IMG/VR virus record: IMGVR_UViG_3300027749_000042
Source of the DNA: a virus
DNA length: 64,000 nt
Direction: 5' to 3' (one strand)
Shown here in pieces: positions 4,977 to 15,128 of this stretch. A program made the position numbers and the translations under genes. The notes beneath the pieces are model-generated. The model saw only the letters and a program-made list of their open reading frames with translations, searched no databases and was not told the origin of the DNA. The first letter of the stretch is position 1. Every line of letters starts with the position of its first letter.

Positions 4977-6722
4977 ATGAAAAGATTACTAGCAGCCGCT
5001 GCAATATTGTGTGCGGCAATTACAGCACCATATGCACAAACGCTACCATCAGGTTCGCTTGGTACGGTAACAGGCAACACAAGAAACACATGGCAACCAT
5101 TTACCTACACGTTTACTCCATCAACAACTGGAGCAAACTTTGTAGGTTTTGCCTTTCGCGAAGATCCAGCATTCTGGACATTTGACAATGTTACTTTGAC
5201 CGCTGCTGGTTCAACCACAAATCTTCTAACTAACGGAACATTCACTACAGGTGGTCGTTTTAGCGTAACAACCAACAATGGTGTTTCTAACATGCAAGCC
5301 CCAACAAACTGGGGAGTTTGGTATCAAAATGGAACATATCCTGCTGCCGCTGGCACTTGGACTGATATTGGGGGTGCTCATGGTGGCGTATGGTATGACG
5401 GCGCTGTTGGGTCGTTTGATGGCATTTACCAAGGTGTGGCTCTTACAGCTGGCACCACTTACACTATTGCTTTTGAAGTCTCTGGGAATAACACTTCTAA
5501 CGGTAGTTCTATTCAGCTTGGCGTATATGGCGGCGCTTGCTCAACTGTAAGCATCTCACCTGACCAGTGTACAATTCCATCATCTGTTGGCTTTACCACA
5601 TTAGCAACTCCATCACAAGGAGCAGCTGCAGGTAATCCAACACCACCACCTGTCACTCTTGTTAGTACAGCCAACGCACCATCAACAGCAACATCCTCAA
5701 CCGCATATGGAACATCTGTTGTTGCTTATAATGTTGCTAATGCGAGGGTAAATTCTGGTCAGTGGATTGCGATAACACGCACCACAACGCCAGTGACAAC
5801 GCGCCCATATACCATTACCACAGTGACAACACCACATGCGGTAGAAACATATAGCGATGGCACTACTGTCACAACTAACGGAACACCATTGACAACAACG
5901 CAAAATGGTGCTACTATAACAATCGGTCAACCAGTAGCGCAGACTGCATCTGTGTCTGGCGTATCTCTAAAGGATTCAATTGCGGTTCGTAATTTCAATC
6001 CATTCTTGGTCGATGCTCTATCAACTAAAGATGGTGCATGGGCTACGCCTAGCTTGGGTTATGCGAAAACAAGCGGTTCATTCCGTATCAGTGGGCTATC
6101 ATTTGGCTATCAGACAACCGTTGAGAATAACACAGCTGGTATTGCTGGCAATATATCCAAGATTGAAAACAGTGGCTTCGTCGGTTCATCTTCTAGCTCG
6201 GACGCATACGCGGGTACAGCTTACTTTCTAACAAAGCAGGAAGATGTTTGGATCAAGGGTGCAGTTGGTTATAGTGCCGCTGAATATGCCACGACAACAT
6301 CGTTGCCAGTGTTTGCACTTGTGAACAGTAGCACCGTGAAGACAAGAAACTACTACGGCGATATCACATTCTATTCCGCTAAGGAGTTTGAAGGATTCAG
6401 ACCACTTGTTGGTGTTGTGCTAAACAAGTCTGAGGTGGTATCGCAGGCCGAAGGTGGTAGTGCATTGCTATCCACATTGCCTGGTGTTGGTTCTTCATTC
6501 GAAGCAAGACCATATGTTGGTATCAGATATGACATTGATGATGTTTTCGGTATTGAAACAAGAGTGACACGTTCCAGAGATTTTGGTACTGTCGCGCAGA
6601 TACGCGCAAGCGCGAAGATTGAAATCGTAAAGGACGCATATATAGAACTAACAGCAGGAGCTGATAAAGGTTCTAATTACACCGGCGCAGTTGGTATGAT
6701 TGGATTGAAAATCAACTTCTAA
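4977..6722 (+). CDS. Autotransporter-like outer-membrane protein
   Basis: Sec signal, W/T/G-rich beta passenger, Pro/Thr linker, C-terminal amphipathic beta strands ending LKINF. Confidence 0.7.
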   Translation: MKRLLAAAAILCAAITAPYAQTLPSGSLGTVTGNTRNTWQPFTYTFTPSTTGANFVGFAFREDPAFWTFDNVTLTAAGSTTNLLTNGTFTTGGRFSVTTNNGVSNMQAPTNWGVWYQNGTYPAAAGTWTDIGGAHGGVWYDGAVGSFDGIYQGVALTAGTTYTIAFEVSGNNTSNGSSIQLGVYGGACSTVSISPDQCTIPSSVGFTTLATPSQGAAAGNPTPPPVTLVSTANAPSTATSSTAYGTSVVAYNVANARVNSGQWIAITRTTTPVTTRPYTITTVTTPHAVETYSDGTTVTTNGTPLTTTQNGATITIGQPVAQTASVSGVSLKDSIAVRNFNPFLVDALSTKDGAWATPSLGYAKTSGSFRISGLSFGYQTTVENNTAGIAGNISKIENSGFVGSSSSSDAYAGTAYFLTKQEDVWIKGAVGYSAAEYATTTSLPVFALVNSSTVKTRNYYGDITFYSAKEFEGFRPLVGVVLNKSEVVSQAEGGSALLSTLPGVGSSFEARPYVGIRYDIDDVFGIETRVTRSRDFGTVAQIRASAKIEIVKDAYIELTAGADKGSNYTGAVGMIGLKINF

Positions 6723-6729
6723 AATATGA

Positions 6730-6804
6730 TGGGAATTAGTTAAATTGGTATAACGGGGGATTCTGACTCCCTTATTCGAGGTTCGAGTCCTTGATTCCCA
6801 GCCA
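6730..6804 (+). tRNA. tRNA-Gln(CTG)
   Basis: U1:A72, loop TTCTGAC, GCCA. Confidence 0.93.
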
Positions 6805-6808
6805 ATAT

Positions 6809-6883
6809 GGAGCCATAGCAAAACGGCAATGCGCGGGACTGCAAATCCTTGAGGTCCCAGTTCGAATCTGGGTGGCTCCTCCA
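6809..6883 (+). tRNA. tRNA-Cys(GCA)
   Basis: Loop CTGCAAA, U73, CCA. Confidence 0.93.
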
Positions 6884-6899
6884 AATATAGGATTATGTT

Positions 6900-7061
6900 A
6901 TGGCTCATAAAGCAAGACGGCGACCATCGTGGAAGAAACGTAAGTCAAAGTATTTTGAAAAGCTTAAAATTGAATTGGCAAAAGCTTTGCGAGATGAAAT
7001 ACAAAAAGAAATCAACAGAGAGATTTTAAGAGAGATTTCAGATGCAAACAGTACATGGTGA
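6900..7061 (+). CDS. Small basic protein (53 aa)
   Basis: Read by eye: MAHKARRRPSWKKRKSKYFEKLKIELAKALRDEIQKEINREILREISDANSTW; AGGA upstream. Confidence 0.55.
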   Translation: MAHKARRRPSWKKRKSKYFEKLKIELAKALRDEIQKEINREILREISDANSTW

Positions 7062-7160
7062 TTTTGTTTATATGCTTTGTGGTTGGATGTATGTTTACAT
7101 GAAGCGTGTTGGTGAAGCGTATCACTATTACATTTCACATAGAAAGCTTCATTAAGTTAA

Positions 7161-7235
7161 GCGGGTATAGCTCAGTGGTAGAGCACTTCGTTGCCAACGA
7201 AGATGTCGTCGGTTCGACCCCGATTGCCCGCTCCA
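7161..7235 (+). tRNA. tRNA-Gly(GCC)
   Basis: GCGGGTA acceptor, loop TTGCCAA, TCCA. Confidence 0.96.
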
Positions 7236-7236
7236 A

Positions 7237-8421
7237 TCAATATAGCTTGTAACCATAAACGTCTTCGAATTTTTCATTTCGAATGGTGTCAAGTGTCTTC
7301 GTGAATGAGATGAAAAGGTCTTCTCTTTCAGGTTTCGTTTCAAGCATATGAGCCTTGATAGCAAGAAGCTCCTTCTTGAGAACATCAAAATTTGACGGGT
7401 GTAGAATTTCTATCGACTTATCAATCTCATTCATAACTCTTGCGCGAAGATCATTGTTTAGGTGTACCCAGTGAAGAGCATACGGTAGAGTTACCGAATA
7501 GCATCTTGTCTGCAAGATTGGGTTGATATCATAAATCTTCATCAAAAACTCAGCTAGATTTGCAAAGTCTAAAAGATTATACGGGCTGATAGCAATATTA
7601 TAATGCAAATTCCATAATGGAAGCTTTGAAAATTTTATGAAGTTTTCTTCAACCACATCCCATTTCGTACCTTTTCTATTGTACTCAGCAGCTTTCCCAA
7701 CACCGTCGATGCTCATTACGATTCTAGCTTTTTCAAATTGCATTAACCTATCTATGAAAAGTGGATTCCACACACTGCAATTGGTAAACATTTCCAATAC
7801 CACTTTTTTATGATATCCATTTTCAATCATGTGATCCATAAAATCATAGTACTGCTTTATCAGCAATGGTTCTCCACCTGTAAAACATACAGTTTTGACA
7901 TTATCTAATGACAGCTTTTTTAGTTCGTCGAAATTGCTTTCGGACGTGTTTGTGAAATCTCTGAATTTAAATTGTGTGTAGTTTAAAAGGACTGGGTATT
8001 CTTCTACTTCTTTTTGCCATTCAGAACTTGAATCTGCATTACACATTCTGCATTTAAAATTGCAAAGATTGCTCGCTCGCAATTCGATACGAACGATTTC
8101 TGTAGGATCTTCTGCGTTAAAATCTGATGATTGTCTATCTTCTCCTAGTCCATAACCATAGTTCCCAACACCCATCATTCTAATTTCACTTTGTCTTGAA
8201 CTTTTAAGCCCACGCTGTTCTTTTTTCCAACAGACTTCGCAGTTCTTCGGAACTTTTCCTTCTTTCAATTCGCTTTTGATGTTTGCAAGCCAATCGCTTT
8301 GCAAATAATCAATCGGTGACATTGTTTGTTTTTCCAAACTTACATGACACGGCGACGCAGTATTTTCATGGTAGTACAATCCTGTCCAGGGAGCGGGGCA
8401 AAAAAAATCATCGCTTGACAT
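7237..8421 (-). CDS. Radical SAM protein with N-terminal twitch/SPASM-like Cys region
   Basis: CNFKCRMC, FTGGEPL, TN, SIDG; N-terminal FCPAPW...CxxC; start re-called at MSSDD. Confidence 0.9.
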   Translation of the reverse strand: MSSDDFFCPAPWTGLYYHENTASPCHVSLEKQTMSPIDYLQSDWLANIKSELKEGKVPKNCEVCWKKEQRGLKSSRQSEIRMMGVGNYGYGLGEDRQSSDFNAEDPTEIVRIELRASNLCNFKCRMCNADSSSEWQKEVEEYPVLLNYTQFKFRDFTNTSESNFDELKKLSLDNVKTVCFTGGEPLLIKQYYDFMDHMIENGYHKKVVLEMFTNCSVWNPLFIDRLMQFEKARIVMSIDGVGKAAEYNRKGTKWDVVEENFIKFSKLPLWNLHYNIAISPYNLLDFANLAEFLMKIYDINPILQTRCYSVTLPYALHWVHLNNDLRARVMNEIDKSIEILHPSNFDVLKKELLAIKAHMLETKPEREDLFISFTKTLDTIRNEKFEDVYGYKLY

Positions 8422-8443
8422 AAATAATCTCCGAGTGTATAAT
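8415..8443 (+). promoter_or_regulatory. sigma70 promoter (perfect consensus)
   Basis: TTGACA-17nt-TATAAT upstream of tRNA-Leu(TAA). Confidence 0.85.
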
Positions 8444-8465
8444 CCTATTCTATATAGTGAGTAAT

Positions 8466-8541
8466 GCCCATGTAGGCCAATGGCAGAGTCAGGGGACTTA
8501 AAATCTCCACAGTGTCGGTTCGAGTCCGACCATGGGCACCA
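8466..8541 (+). tRNA. tRNA-Leu(TAA), short variable arm
   Basis: Loop CTTAAAA, ACCA. Confidence 0.9.
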
Positions 8542-8566
8542 ACTAAATACCAGCATGAGAAAACCA

Positions 8567-9031
8567 ATGAACATTAATGAAGTCCGTGAATTTATCAGCA
8601 ACACCTCAGCAACTACAAAAATCTATATCGGTGCAGATTCGAAACGCTACTGTCGCAAAGACGGTAAGTGGATTGCCGACTACACGGTAGCGGTTGTTGT
8701 TCACTATGATGGCAACAAGGGCTGTAAGGTATTCGGTGATGTGACATCGGAGTTTGATTACGATAAGCGCCATGATCGGCCATCATTCCGTTTGATGAAT
8801 GAAGTCTATCGTGCAGCGAACATGTACCTAGAACTGTATGAAGCAATCGGCGACAGGCATGTGGAAGTCCACCTCGATATCAATCCCGATGAAATGCATG
8901 GATCAAGCTGCGTTATTCAGCAAGCGACTGGATACATTCGTGGGCTTTGTGGGTTCACACCAAAGGTAAAGCCAGAAGCATTTGCTGCATCATACGCAGC
9001 CGATAGATTGAAGGAGATTCTTGCCACATGA
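8567..9031 (+). CDS. RNase H-like YkuK/DUF458 family protein
   Basis: IYIGADS, RLMNEV, EVHLDIN, KP.AFAASYAAD. Confidence 0.85.
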   Translation: MNINEVREFISNTSATTKIYIGADSKRYCRKDGKWIADYTVAVVVHYDGNKGCKVFGDVTSEFDYDKRHDRPSFRLMNEVYRAANMYLELYEAIGDRHVEVHLDINPDEMHGSSCVIQQATGYIRGLCGFTPKVKPEAFAASYAADRLKEILAT

Positions 9032-9621
9032 GTGTTACAATTGATGATTTTGTTTTGGAATATAATAACTTCCTGACACCTGAAGAATGTATGGGATACA
9101 TTGATTGTTATCATCGGTATGAATCAATGGGGCTCACAATTAATCGCCAAGCCTCTGGTGAACCGTCGATTAGAAAAGCTGATGACCAGATGTTTGTCAC
9201 TTCGCTTTTAGCCACAAATGAATTGAATATCTCTGACCTAGAACCGTTTCACTATTTTGTGAAAAAGTTTTGGGATCAAGCGTATCCGATTTATCGCCAG
9301 AAATATGGTGTGTTGACAGATATAAGTCAACACACCGTTCGCCTCTTGAAAATTCAGAAGACGCATAAGAGCGAAGGCTATCATGTTTGGCACTGCGAAG
9401 ATGGTGACCCAAATGCAATGCGTAGATTAATGACATTCATTCTTTACCTGAACAATATTCCTGATGGTGGTGAGACCGAGTTCCTCTATTACTCGAAACG
9501 ATATAAGGCTGAGGCTGGTAAGCTCATTCTATGGCCAGCAGGATATACTCACACGCATCGTGGTAACCCACCACTCAGCAATACCAAATATATACTAACT
9601 GGATGGGTTGAACTGTCCTAA
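9028..9621 (+). CDS. 2OG-Fe(II) oxygenase (prolyl-hydroxylase-like)
   Basis: GYHVWHCE, LYLN..GGETEF, WPAGYTHTHRGNPP, KYILTGW. Confidence 0.9.
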   Translation: MSVTIDDFVLEYNNFLTPEECMGYIDCYHRYESMGLTINRQASGEPSIRKADDQMFVTSLLATNELNISDLEPFHYFVKKFWDQAYPIYRQKYGVLTDISQHTVRLLKIQKTHKSEGYHVWHCEDGDPNAMRRLMTFILYLNNIPDGGETEFLYYSKRYKAEAGKLILWPAGYTHTHRGNPPLSNTKYILTGWVELS

Positions 9622-9632
9622 CAGATTGCGCT

Positions 9633-9709
9633 GGACGGATAGCATAAATGGAAAATGCCGGTCGCTCATAACGGCCCAGATGTCGGATCATACCCGGCTC
9701 CGTCTACCA
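9633..9709 (+). tRNA. tRNA(CAT), Ile2 or Met
   Basis: GGTCG-CTCATAA-CGGCC arm, variant T-loop ATCATAC, ACCA. Confidence 0.8.
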
Positions 9710-9731
9710 CTTATCATTGAAGGAACATCAT

Positions 9732-10352
9732 ATGTCGGACGATGAAGTTTATAGAAGACCTAGTGAAATTCCTTATAAAAATTTAAATTATCCCGTCGAT
9801 AAGATCAAGACGATATCGCAAAAATTAAATTTATTTGTCGAACAACATACTGATATTTTGCAGAACCCTATTCGCAAAACACTCATATATTCAATAGTGC
9901 CAGACTTTGATCTTGTAAATCAGGAAGTTCCGGAACTAAAAAAATTGTGTGATTGGGTAGGAGCTAAACCTATTCGATATATGATCTTGCAAATCAAACC
10001 AAAACCAGCATGGCATCCAGGACTTGATCCGTATCATATAGATCCAACACCAACGAGAGTTAATCTCTTGTTACCAGTTAGGAATTGCGAAGGGTCTATT
10101 ACCAGATTCGTAGATGTTCCTCCTCGTTTTTTCAAAAAAGTTTGGTTAGAAGATCGACAAAAATATCAATACGATAATTTGTATAAAGGGCTTTATCGAG
10201 AATTTAAAATTGCTGGCGAATTCGAATTAAATAATGCATATCTATTTAATGCAGGATACCCACATGGCGTATTTTGTAACCCAGACATAATAGAGCCTCG
10301 AATTTCATTTAATGTTAATTTTGATGATGATGTATCGCATTTGCTAAATTGA
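9732..10352 (+). CDS. Hypothetical, cupin/2OG-like DSBH protein
   Basis: HID...PHGV...RISF motifs. Confidence 0.55.
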   Translation: MSDDEVYRRPSEIPYKNLNYPVDKIKTISQKLNLFVEQHTDILQNPIRKTLIYSIVPDFDLVNQEVPELKKLCDWVGAKPIRYMILQIKPKPAWHPGLDPYHIDPTPTRVNLLLPVRNCEGSITRFVDVPPRFFKKVWLEDRQKYQYDNLYKGLYREFKIAGEFELNNAYLFNAGYPHGVFCNPDIIEPRISFNVNFDDDVSHLLN

Positions 10353-10365
10353 TGATGGAGATATA

Positions 10366-11073
10366 ATGGCAGAGTTTCATATTCGAGGTGGATTAGGTAC
10401 GCAGATTTTATCCGTGTATGCAGCCTATGCGCTTGCTATCGAACGTACCACAACCGTATCTGATATCAAGTTCAACACAGGAAACTATCCACGCAATGAC
10501 CACGACCTGGATAGGATCTACATTGACGATCTTCTCGAATTTGAATCTCGACCAAACATATCTTCCATCAATGGTACCAACAAAACTCTGCCATTCAAAG
10601 AGCCACAATTCTCTTTGCTTCTAAAGCATTGGGATGAAGTGAAGACCAAAGTTTGGTTAAAGCCTACCATCAAAAATCAAACCAACGAAACGATTGTTCA
10701 TATTAGGCAAACAGATAGACCATTGGTTGCTATCGAAAAGTTTGACACCTTGATTGATTCGTTATCGTTGGCTTCTCATTATCCATATGAGAACTACCAG
10801 CCAATCATCATAAGCGAAGATGAGTCCGTCATTCAGCGATACAAGCTTCAACCTGTATCGGATGCATTGGCGGACTGGAAGCGTATTCTAAATGCCAAAA
10901 CTGTATATGGCGCTTATTCTACCTTCACATTATTGGCAGCTGCGTTGAATCCAGATCAGAAATTATTTTTCTTCTCACAAGAGAAATGCGACGATCCGAG
11001 CTTGATTTTACAGGACGATTGGTGTAAGATTAGACAATTGGTTGAGTTGTTTGGCAATGTTGAATGGATGTGA
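10366..11073 (+). CDS. GT11-like glycosyltransferase (alpha-1,2-fucosyl/colitosyltransferase-like)
   Basis: GGLGTQ, VHIRQTD and STF motifs corresponding to GT11 GGLGNQ/HxRxxD/STF. Confidence 0.65.
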   Translation: MAEFHIRGGLGTQILSVYAAYALAIERTTTVSDIKFNTGNYPRNDHDLDRIYIDDLLEFESRPNISSINGTNKTLPFKEPQFSLLLKHWDEVKTKVWLKPTIKNQTNETIVHIRQTDRPLVAIEKFDTLIDSLSLASHYPYENYQPIIISEDESVIQRYKLQPVSDALADWKRILNAKTVYGAYSTFTLLAAALNPDQKLFFFSQEKCDDPSLILQDDWCKIRQLVELFGNVEWM

Positions 11074-11075
11074 AT

Positions 11076-12077
11076 ATGAAAACAGCACTGATTACTGGCA
11101 TAACCGGACAAGATGGATCTTATCTCGCGGAACTTCTTCTTGAGAAGGGCTATCGAGTCCATGGAATCATTCGTAGGTCGTCGTCGTTCAATACCGGGCG
11201 AATTGACCACCTCTTTGATAAGATACATCTGCACTATGGAGATATGACAGACGGCTCTAATCTTCTCAATCTAATCAGCACAATCCAGCCAGATGAAATC
11301 TACAATCTGGCTGCACAGTCGCATGTGAAGGTAAGCTTTGAAACTCCCGAATATACCATTCAAGCTGATGGTGTCGGTATGCTTAAAATTCTCGAGGCAG
11401 TTCGATCACTAGATTTGGACACCCGCATTTACCAAGCATGTACCTCTGAGATGTTTGGTTCATCTCCTTCTCCACAAAATGAAGACACACCATTCCATCC
11501 GTGCAGCCCGTACGGTAGCGCGAAGCTGTATTCATATTGGATCGGTAGAAACTATCGTGATTCTTATGGCATGTATGTTGCGAATGGTATTCTATTCAAT
11601 CACGAAAGCCCGAGACGTGGTGAGACCTTCGTCACGCGCAAGGTCACGAAGGCTGTAGCTCGTATTTCAAAGGGATTGCAGGATCATATTTTGATTGGCA
11701 ATCTTGATGCTGAGCGCGATTGGGGGCACGCTAAGGATTATGTGCTTGCAATGTGGATGATGCTTCAGCGGTCAGTCCCAGCAGATTTTGTCATTGCTAC
11801 AGGCAAAGCATATACCGTTAGGCATATGATCGAATGTGCGTTCGCGTATGTGAATATGACCATTCGTTGGGAAGGCAAAGGAATTAAAGAAGTTGGTTAT
11901 GATGATAATGGAATCGCTCGCGTTCGGATTGATAGTAAGTATTATCGCCCGAACGAGGTTGATTCCTTGCGTGGTGATGCAGCACTAGCAAATGCAATTC
12001 TAGGTTGGAAACCAGAGGTTACCTTTACCGAGCTTATACACGAAATGGTCCAAAGTGATCTGGAGGATTTGAAATGA
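11076..12077 (+). CDS. gmd: GDP-mannose 4,6-dehydratase
   Basis: [44 protein letters not shown]. Confidence 0.97.
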   Translation: MKTALITGITGQDGSYLAELLLEKGYRVHGIIRRSSSFNTGRIDHLFDKIHLHYGDMTDGSNLLNLISTIQPDEIYNLAAQSHVKVSFETPEYTIQADGVGMLKILEAVRSLDLDTRIYQACTSEMFGSSPSPQNEDTPFHPCSPYGSAKLYSYWIGRNYRDSYGMYVANGILFNHESPRRGETFVTRKVTKAVARISKGLQDHILIGNLDAERDWGHAKDYVLAMWMMLQRSVPADFVIATGKAYTVRHMIECAFAYVNMTIRWEGKGIKEVGYDDNGIARVRIDSKYYRPNEVDSLRGDAALANAILGWKPEVTFTELIHEMVQSDLEDLK

Positions 12078-13225
12078 ATTACCCACTAGCAACTGATACA
12101 TGGAACTGGAGAGAAAAGTTTGCCATTCTGCGCGTGATGCGAAGCGGGCGATATACGATGGGACCAGAGGTCGCAAAGTTTGAAAATGAATTTGCGAAGA
12201 AGATGGAAGTTCGTAATGCTGTTATGACAAACAGTGGTAGTTCAGCTAATCTCGTTGGCCTTGCTGCGCTTGTTTATCTAAAAGAGATTCCAGCTGGTAG
12301 TGAAGTGATTGTGCCGGCGGTTAGTTGGTCGACCACTTATTTCCCTATTACGCAACTCGGACTTGTGCCTGTGTTTGTTGATGTTGGTATCAACTCATTC
12401 AATCTCACATTAGAAACTGTGAGAGGTGCGATTACCAAAAAGACTTGTGCGGTGTTCGCTGTCAATCTTCTCGGGCTACCATGCCAGTTGACAGAGCTTC
12501 GGCAACTGTGTGATGCTAATGACATTTATCTCATGGAAGATAATTGCGAAAGCCTTGGTGCATTGTATGATGTAAAGCAAGCTGGCACATTCGGTGAGTT
12601 CGGTACCTTCTCTTTCTTTTTCTCACACCATCTTCAGACAATGGAAGGTGGTATGATTGTGACAGATGATGATGAACTGGCAGATTACATGCGATCCATT
12701 CGCGCACACGGATGGGTGCGTGATGTTCGTACCGATCATCTTTACGCTAAGGGTTCTGTTGACCCATTCAATGAGAGTTTCCACTTTGTGCTTCCCGGCT
12801 ATTGCGTTCGCCCATTAGAAATGAGTGGTGCTATTGGATCTGTCCAGCTCACTAAGATGGATCGAATGATTGACGCTCGCAGAAAGAATGCTGAGACGTT
12901 CACTAAGCTTTTCGGTGATGACTTTCATATTCAGACTGAGAATCGAAGAATGAAGTCGAGTTGGTTTGGCTTCGGTGTCGTTCTCAAGGAAGATAGAACA
13001 GTTACGCGGGAAGCTCTTCTCACCGACTTCAAAAGGGCAAAGATTGAAGTTCGACCAATCGTTGCTGGTAATTTTGTCAATCAACCCGTTCTCGCGTACA
13101 TGAAGCATCGCGTCGTTGGACCGCTAACGAATGCACAACTGTTGGATAAGAATGGGTTCTTCTTCGGTAATGATTGGCGCCCATTGAAGAAAAAGATTAT
13201 AGCAACAAGGAAACTAATCGGATGA
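12074..13225 (+). CDS. colD: GDP-4-keto-6-deoxy-D-mannose 3-dehydratase (ColD-like, DegT family)
   Basis: NYPLA..W N-terminus, [27 protein letters not shown] with His in place of the PLP lysine. Confidence 0.8.
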   Translation: MNYPLATDTWNWREKFAILRVMRSGRYTMGPEVAKFENEFAKKMEVRNAVMTNSGSSANLVGLAALVYLKEIPAGSEVIVPAVSWSTTYFPITQLGLVPVFVDVGINSFNLTLETVRGAITKKTCAVFAVNLLGLPCQLTELRQLCDANDIYLMEDNCESLGALYDVKQAGTFGEFGTFSFFFSHHLQTMEGGMIVTDDDELADYMRSIRAHGWVRDVRTDHLYAKGSVDPFNESFHFVLPGYCVRPLEMSGAIGSVQLTKMDRMIDARRKNAETFTKLFGDDFHIQTENRRMKSSWFGFGVVLKEDRTVTREALLTDFKRAKIEVRPIVAGNFVNQPVLAYMKHRVVGPLTNAQLLDKNGFFFGNDWRPLKKKIIATRKLIG

Positions 13226-14088
13226 CAGCCCTCATTCTCGGCGCAACAGGTATGCTCGGTTCAGCCATGATGCGCCGACTACCTGGATCTATTGGAATAT
13301 CAAGTAAGGATTGTGATCTACTCAATCAGAGACAAGTCCATGAAATCTTCGATTTTGATTTTGATGTGATCTACCATTGTGCTGGGCTTGTAGGTGGTAT
13401 CATGGACAACATGAATAACCAATATTATTTTCTGATGGATAACGCAAGGATGGCACTTAACGTCATCGACATGGCTAGGACATGCGGCGTTGAAAAGGTC
13501 TATTATATTTCATCATCATGCGTTTATCCAAATGCGTGTGAACAGCCGATGAAAGAGAAGCACATTCTAACTGGTCCTGTAGAACCAACAAACGGTGGTT
13601 ATGCTATGGCTAAACTTGTTGGTATGGAAGCTGCTAGATATGCTGGTTATGTGTCGATGATTCCTTGCAATCTATATGGACCCAAGGATAACTTCTCGGA
13701 GAGCGGACATGTTCTAGCATCATTGGTTCGCAAGGTGTGCGATGCTCAAAAGAATGGTAAATCATCTATTACAGTATGGGGTGATGGTACTGCGCGCCGT
13801 GAGTTCTTACATGTTGACGATTGTGCGGATGCTATCGTGGCTGCAACACAACTCGATGGTCCATATATAAATATTGGTTCAGGAGAAGATATCTCAATTC
13901 ATGATCTCGCTCGTCTTATCATAGATATTGCGCGTTGGGATGGTAATATCGTTTTTGATACAACAAAGCCTAATGGTATGATGCGAAAACTCCTTGATAC
14001 CTCGCTACTAGATAGCATTGATTGGAAACAAAAGATTAGCCTAGAGACAGGCATATCGCAAATGATTACAGATTATCGGAGCATGTAA
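13222..14088 (+). CDS. GDP-L-fucose synthase-like epimerase/reductase (probable ColC)
   Basis: GATGMLG, AGLVGGI, SSCVYP, YAMAK, PCNLYGP, WGDG..RREF. Confidence 0.88.
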   Translation: MTALILGATGMLGSAMMRRLPGSIGISSKDCDLLNQRQVHEIFDFDFDVIYHCAGLVGGIMDNMNNQYYFLMDNARMALNVIDMARTCGVEKVYYISSSCVYPNACEQPMKEKHILTGPVEPTNGGYAMAKLVGMEAARYAGYVSMIPCNLYGPKDNFSESGHVLASLVRKVCDAQKNGKSSITVWGDGTARREFLHVDDCADAIVAATQLDGPYINIGSGEDISIHDLARLIIDIARWDGNIVFDTTKPNGMMRKLLDTSLLDSIDWKQKISLETGISQMITDYRSM

Positions 14089-15095
14089 TGTCTGCATTCT
14101 ATCCATTTCTTCGTTCACTGAATACCTTCTCGGTCGATGATATGTCGAGATTGTGTGAATTTTATGGAATGGCAATTCACGCAACAAAGACCAATCAGAT
14201 CAGGAATGCATTGCATAATGTCGCAACAATCATCATGCGACAGGAACCTGATCCGATTCTGTTTAGTCGTACCAAGAACCTACATGAATTGCCATATAGC
14301 ATCCTCGATGCTCGCAGAGGCATTCATGTTGCGCGGTCTGTATTTGCTAATGAAGTCCTCAAGCTTCGGCAGCGCAAGACCGCTAACAAATCAGCAATGG
14401 TGCAAACTTACATTGACGATGGGCTTGTGGTCATCAATGATTTTCTCGGTACCGATAATACGGATCTGATTAGAGAAATGAAACAGTTACCGATCAGCGT
14501 CAATAAGAATGGTTCGAATGTCATTAGCACAATGACTGATAATCCTGCTCTGCGTAGTTTTCTTTTCGATAGCAAGCTTCGGGATTGCGTGTTTGATTGC
14601 TTGATGATGTCCAAGACGCACAAGGATGCATCGAGGCAGTTCCTAGATAACACGTTTGTTCAGCGCGTTCACAATAAACCAAACGACGGCGATGTTCAGA
14701 AAATCATGCACTTCGATACCTACTATGATGCAATGAAGTTCTGGTATTTTCCTAAAGAGGTCAAACTTGAAAATGGACCCTTTACAATCTCGCCACAATC
14801 GCATATAATGAGTGAAGCTAGGTTGACATGGATGCAAAGCGCATACATGCGATATTATGATAAGACGATAGAGCCAGAGCGTACCTATGGGCACGCAGAA
14901 GGATCGCTGAGAGTTTTGCCAATCGAGATGGAAGCCATGGGACTTGGCGTTGTGCCAATGGTTGTGCCAAAAGATACCCTGATTATCTCGAATGTGTTTG
15001 GCTTTCATGGGCGTGGCGAAGCCGCAGTGGATTCGATCCGTGATGCTATTCATGGCTCAATTCGATTGAATTCTCCATTTGACAATGAGGAATGA
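14088..15095 (+). CDS. PhyH-like Fe(II)/2OG dioxygenase
   Basis: HFD...K.WY...GPF...SH...GFHGRG. Confidence 0.7.
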   Translation: MSAFYPFLRSLNTFSVDDMSRLCEFYGMAIHATKTNQIRNALHNVATIIMRQEPDPILFSRTKNLHELPYSILDARRGIHVARSVFANEVLKLRQRKTANKSAMVQTYIDDGLVVINDFLGTDNTDLIREMKQLPISVNKNGSNVISTMTDNPALRSFLFDSKLRDCVFDCLMMSKTHKDASRQFLDNTFVQRVHNKPNDGDVQKIMHFDTYYDAMKFWYFPKEVKLENGPFTISPQSHIMSEARLTWMQSAYMRYYDKTIEPERTYGHAEGSLRVLPIEMEAMGLGVVPMVVPKDTLIISNVFGFHGRGEAAVDSIRDAIHGSIRLNSPFDNEE

Positions 15096-15107
15096 TTGTG
15101 TTATGAT
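15079..15107 (+). promoter_or_regulatory. sigma70-type promoter
   Basis: TTGACA-17nt-TATGAT. Confidence 0.7.
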
Positions 15108-15128
15108 GAATTCAAATCGGAGTTCGTC

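Noticed and set aside
8422-8604. Extended N-termini of ORFs 7237-8604 and 8480-9031
   Set aside because: The extensions run through tRNA-Leu; starts were re-called at 8421 and 8567
12074-13225. Perosamine synthase or ordinary aminotransferase
   Set aside because: The PLP-lysine position is His (SHH), typical of 3-dehydratases
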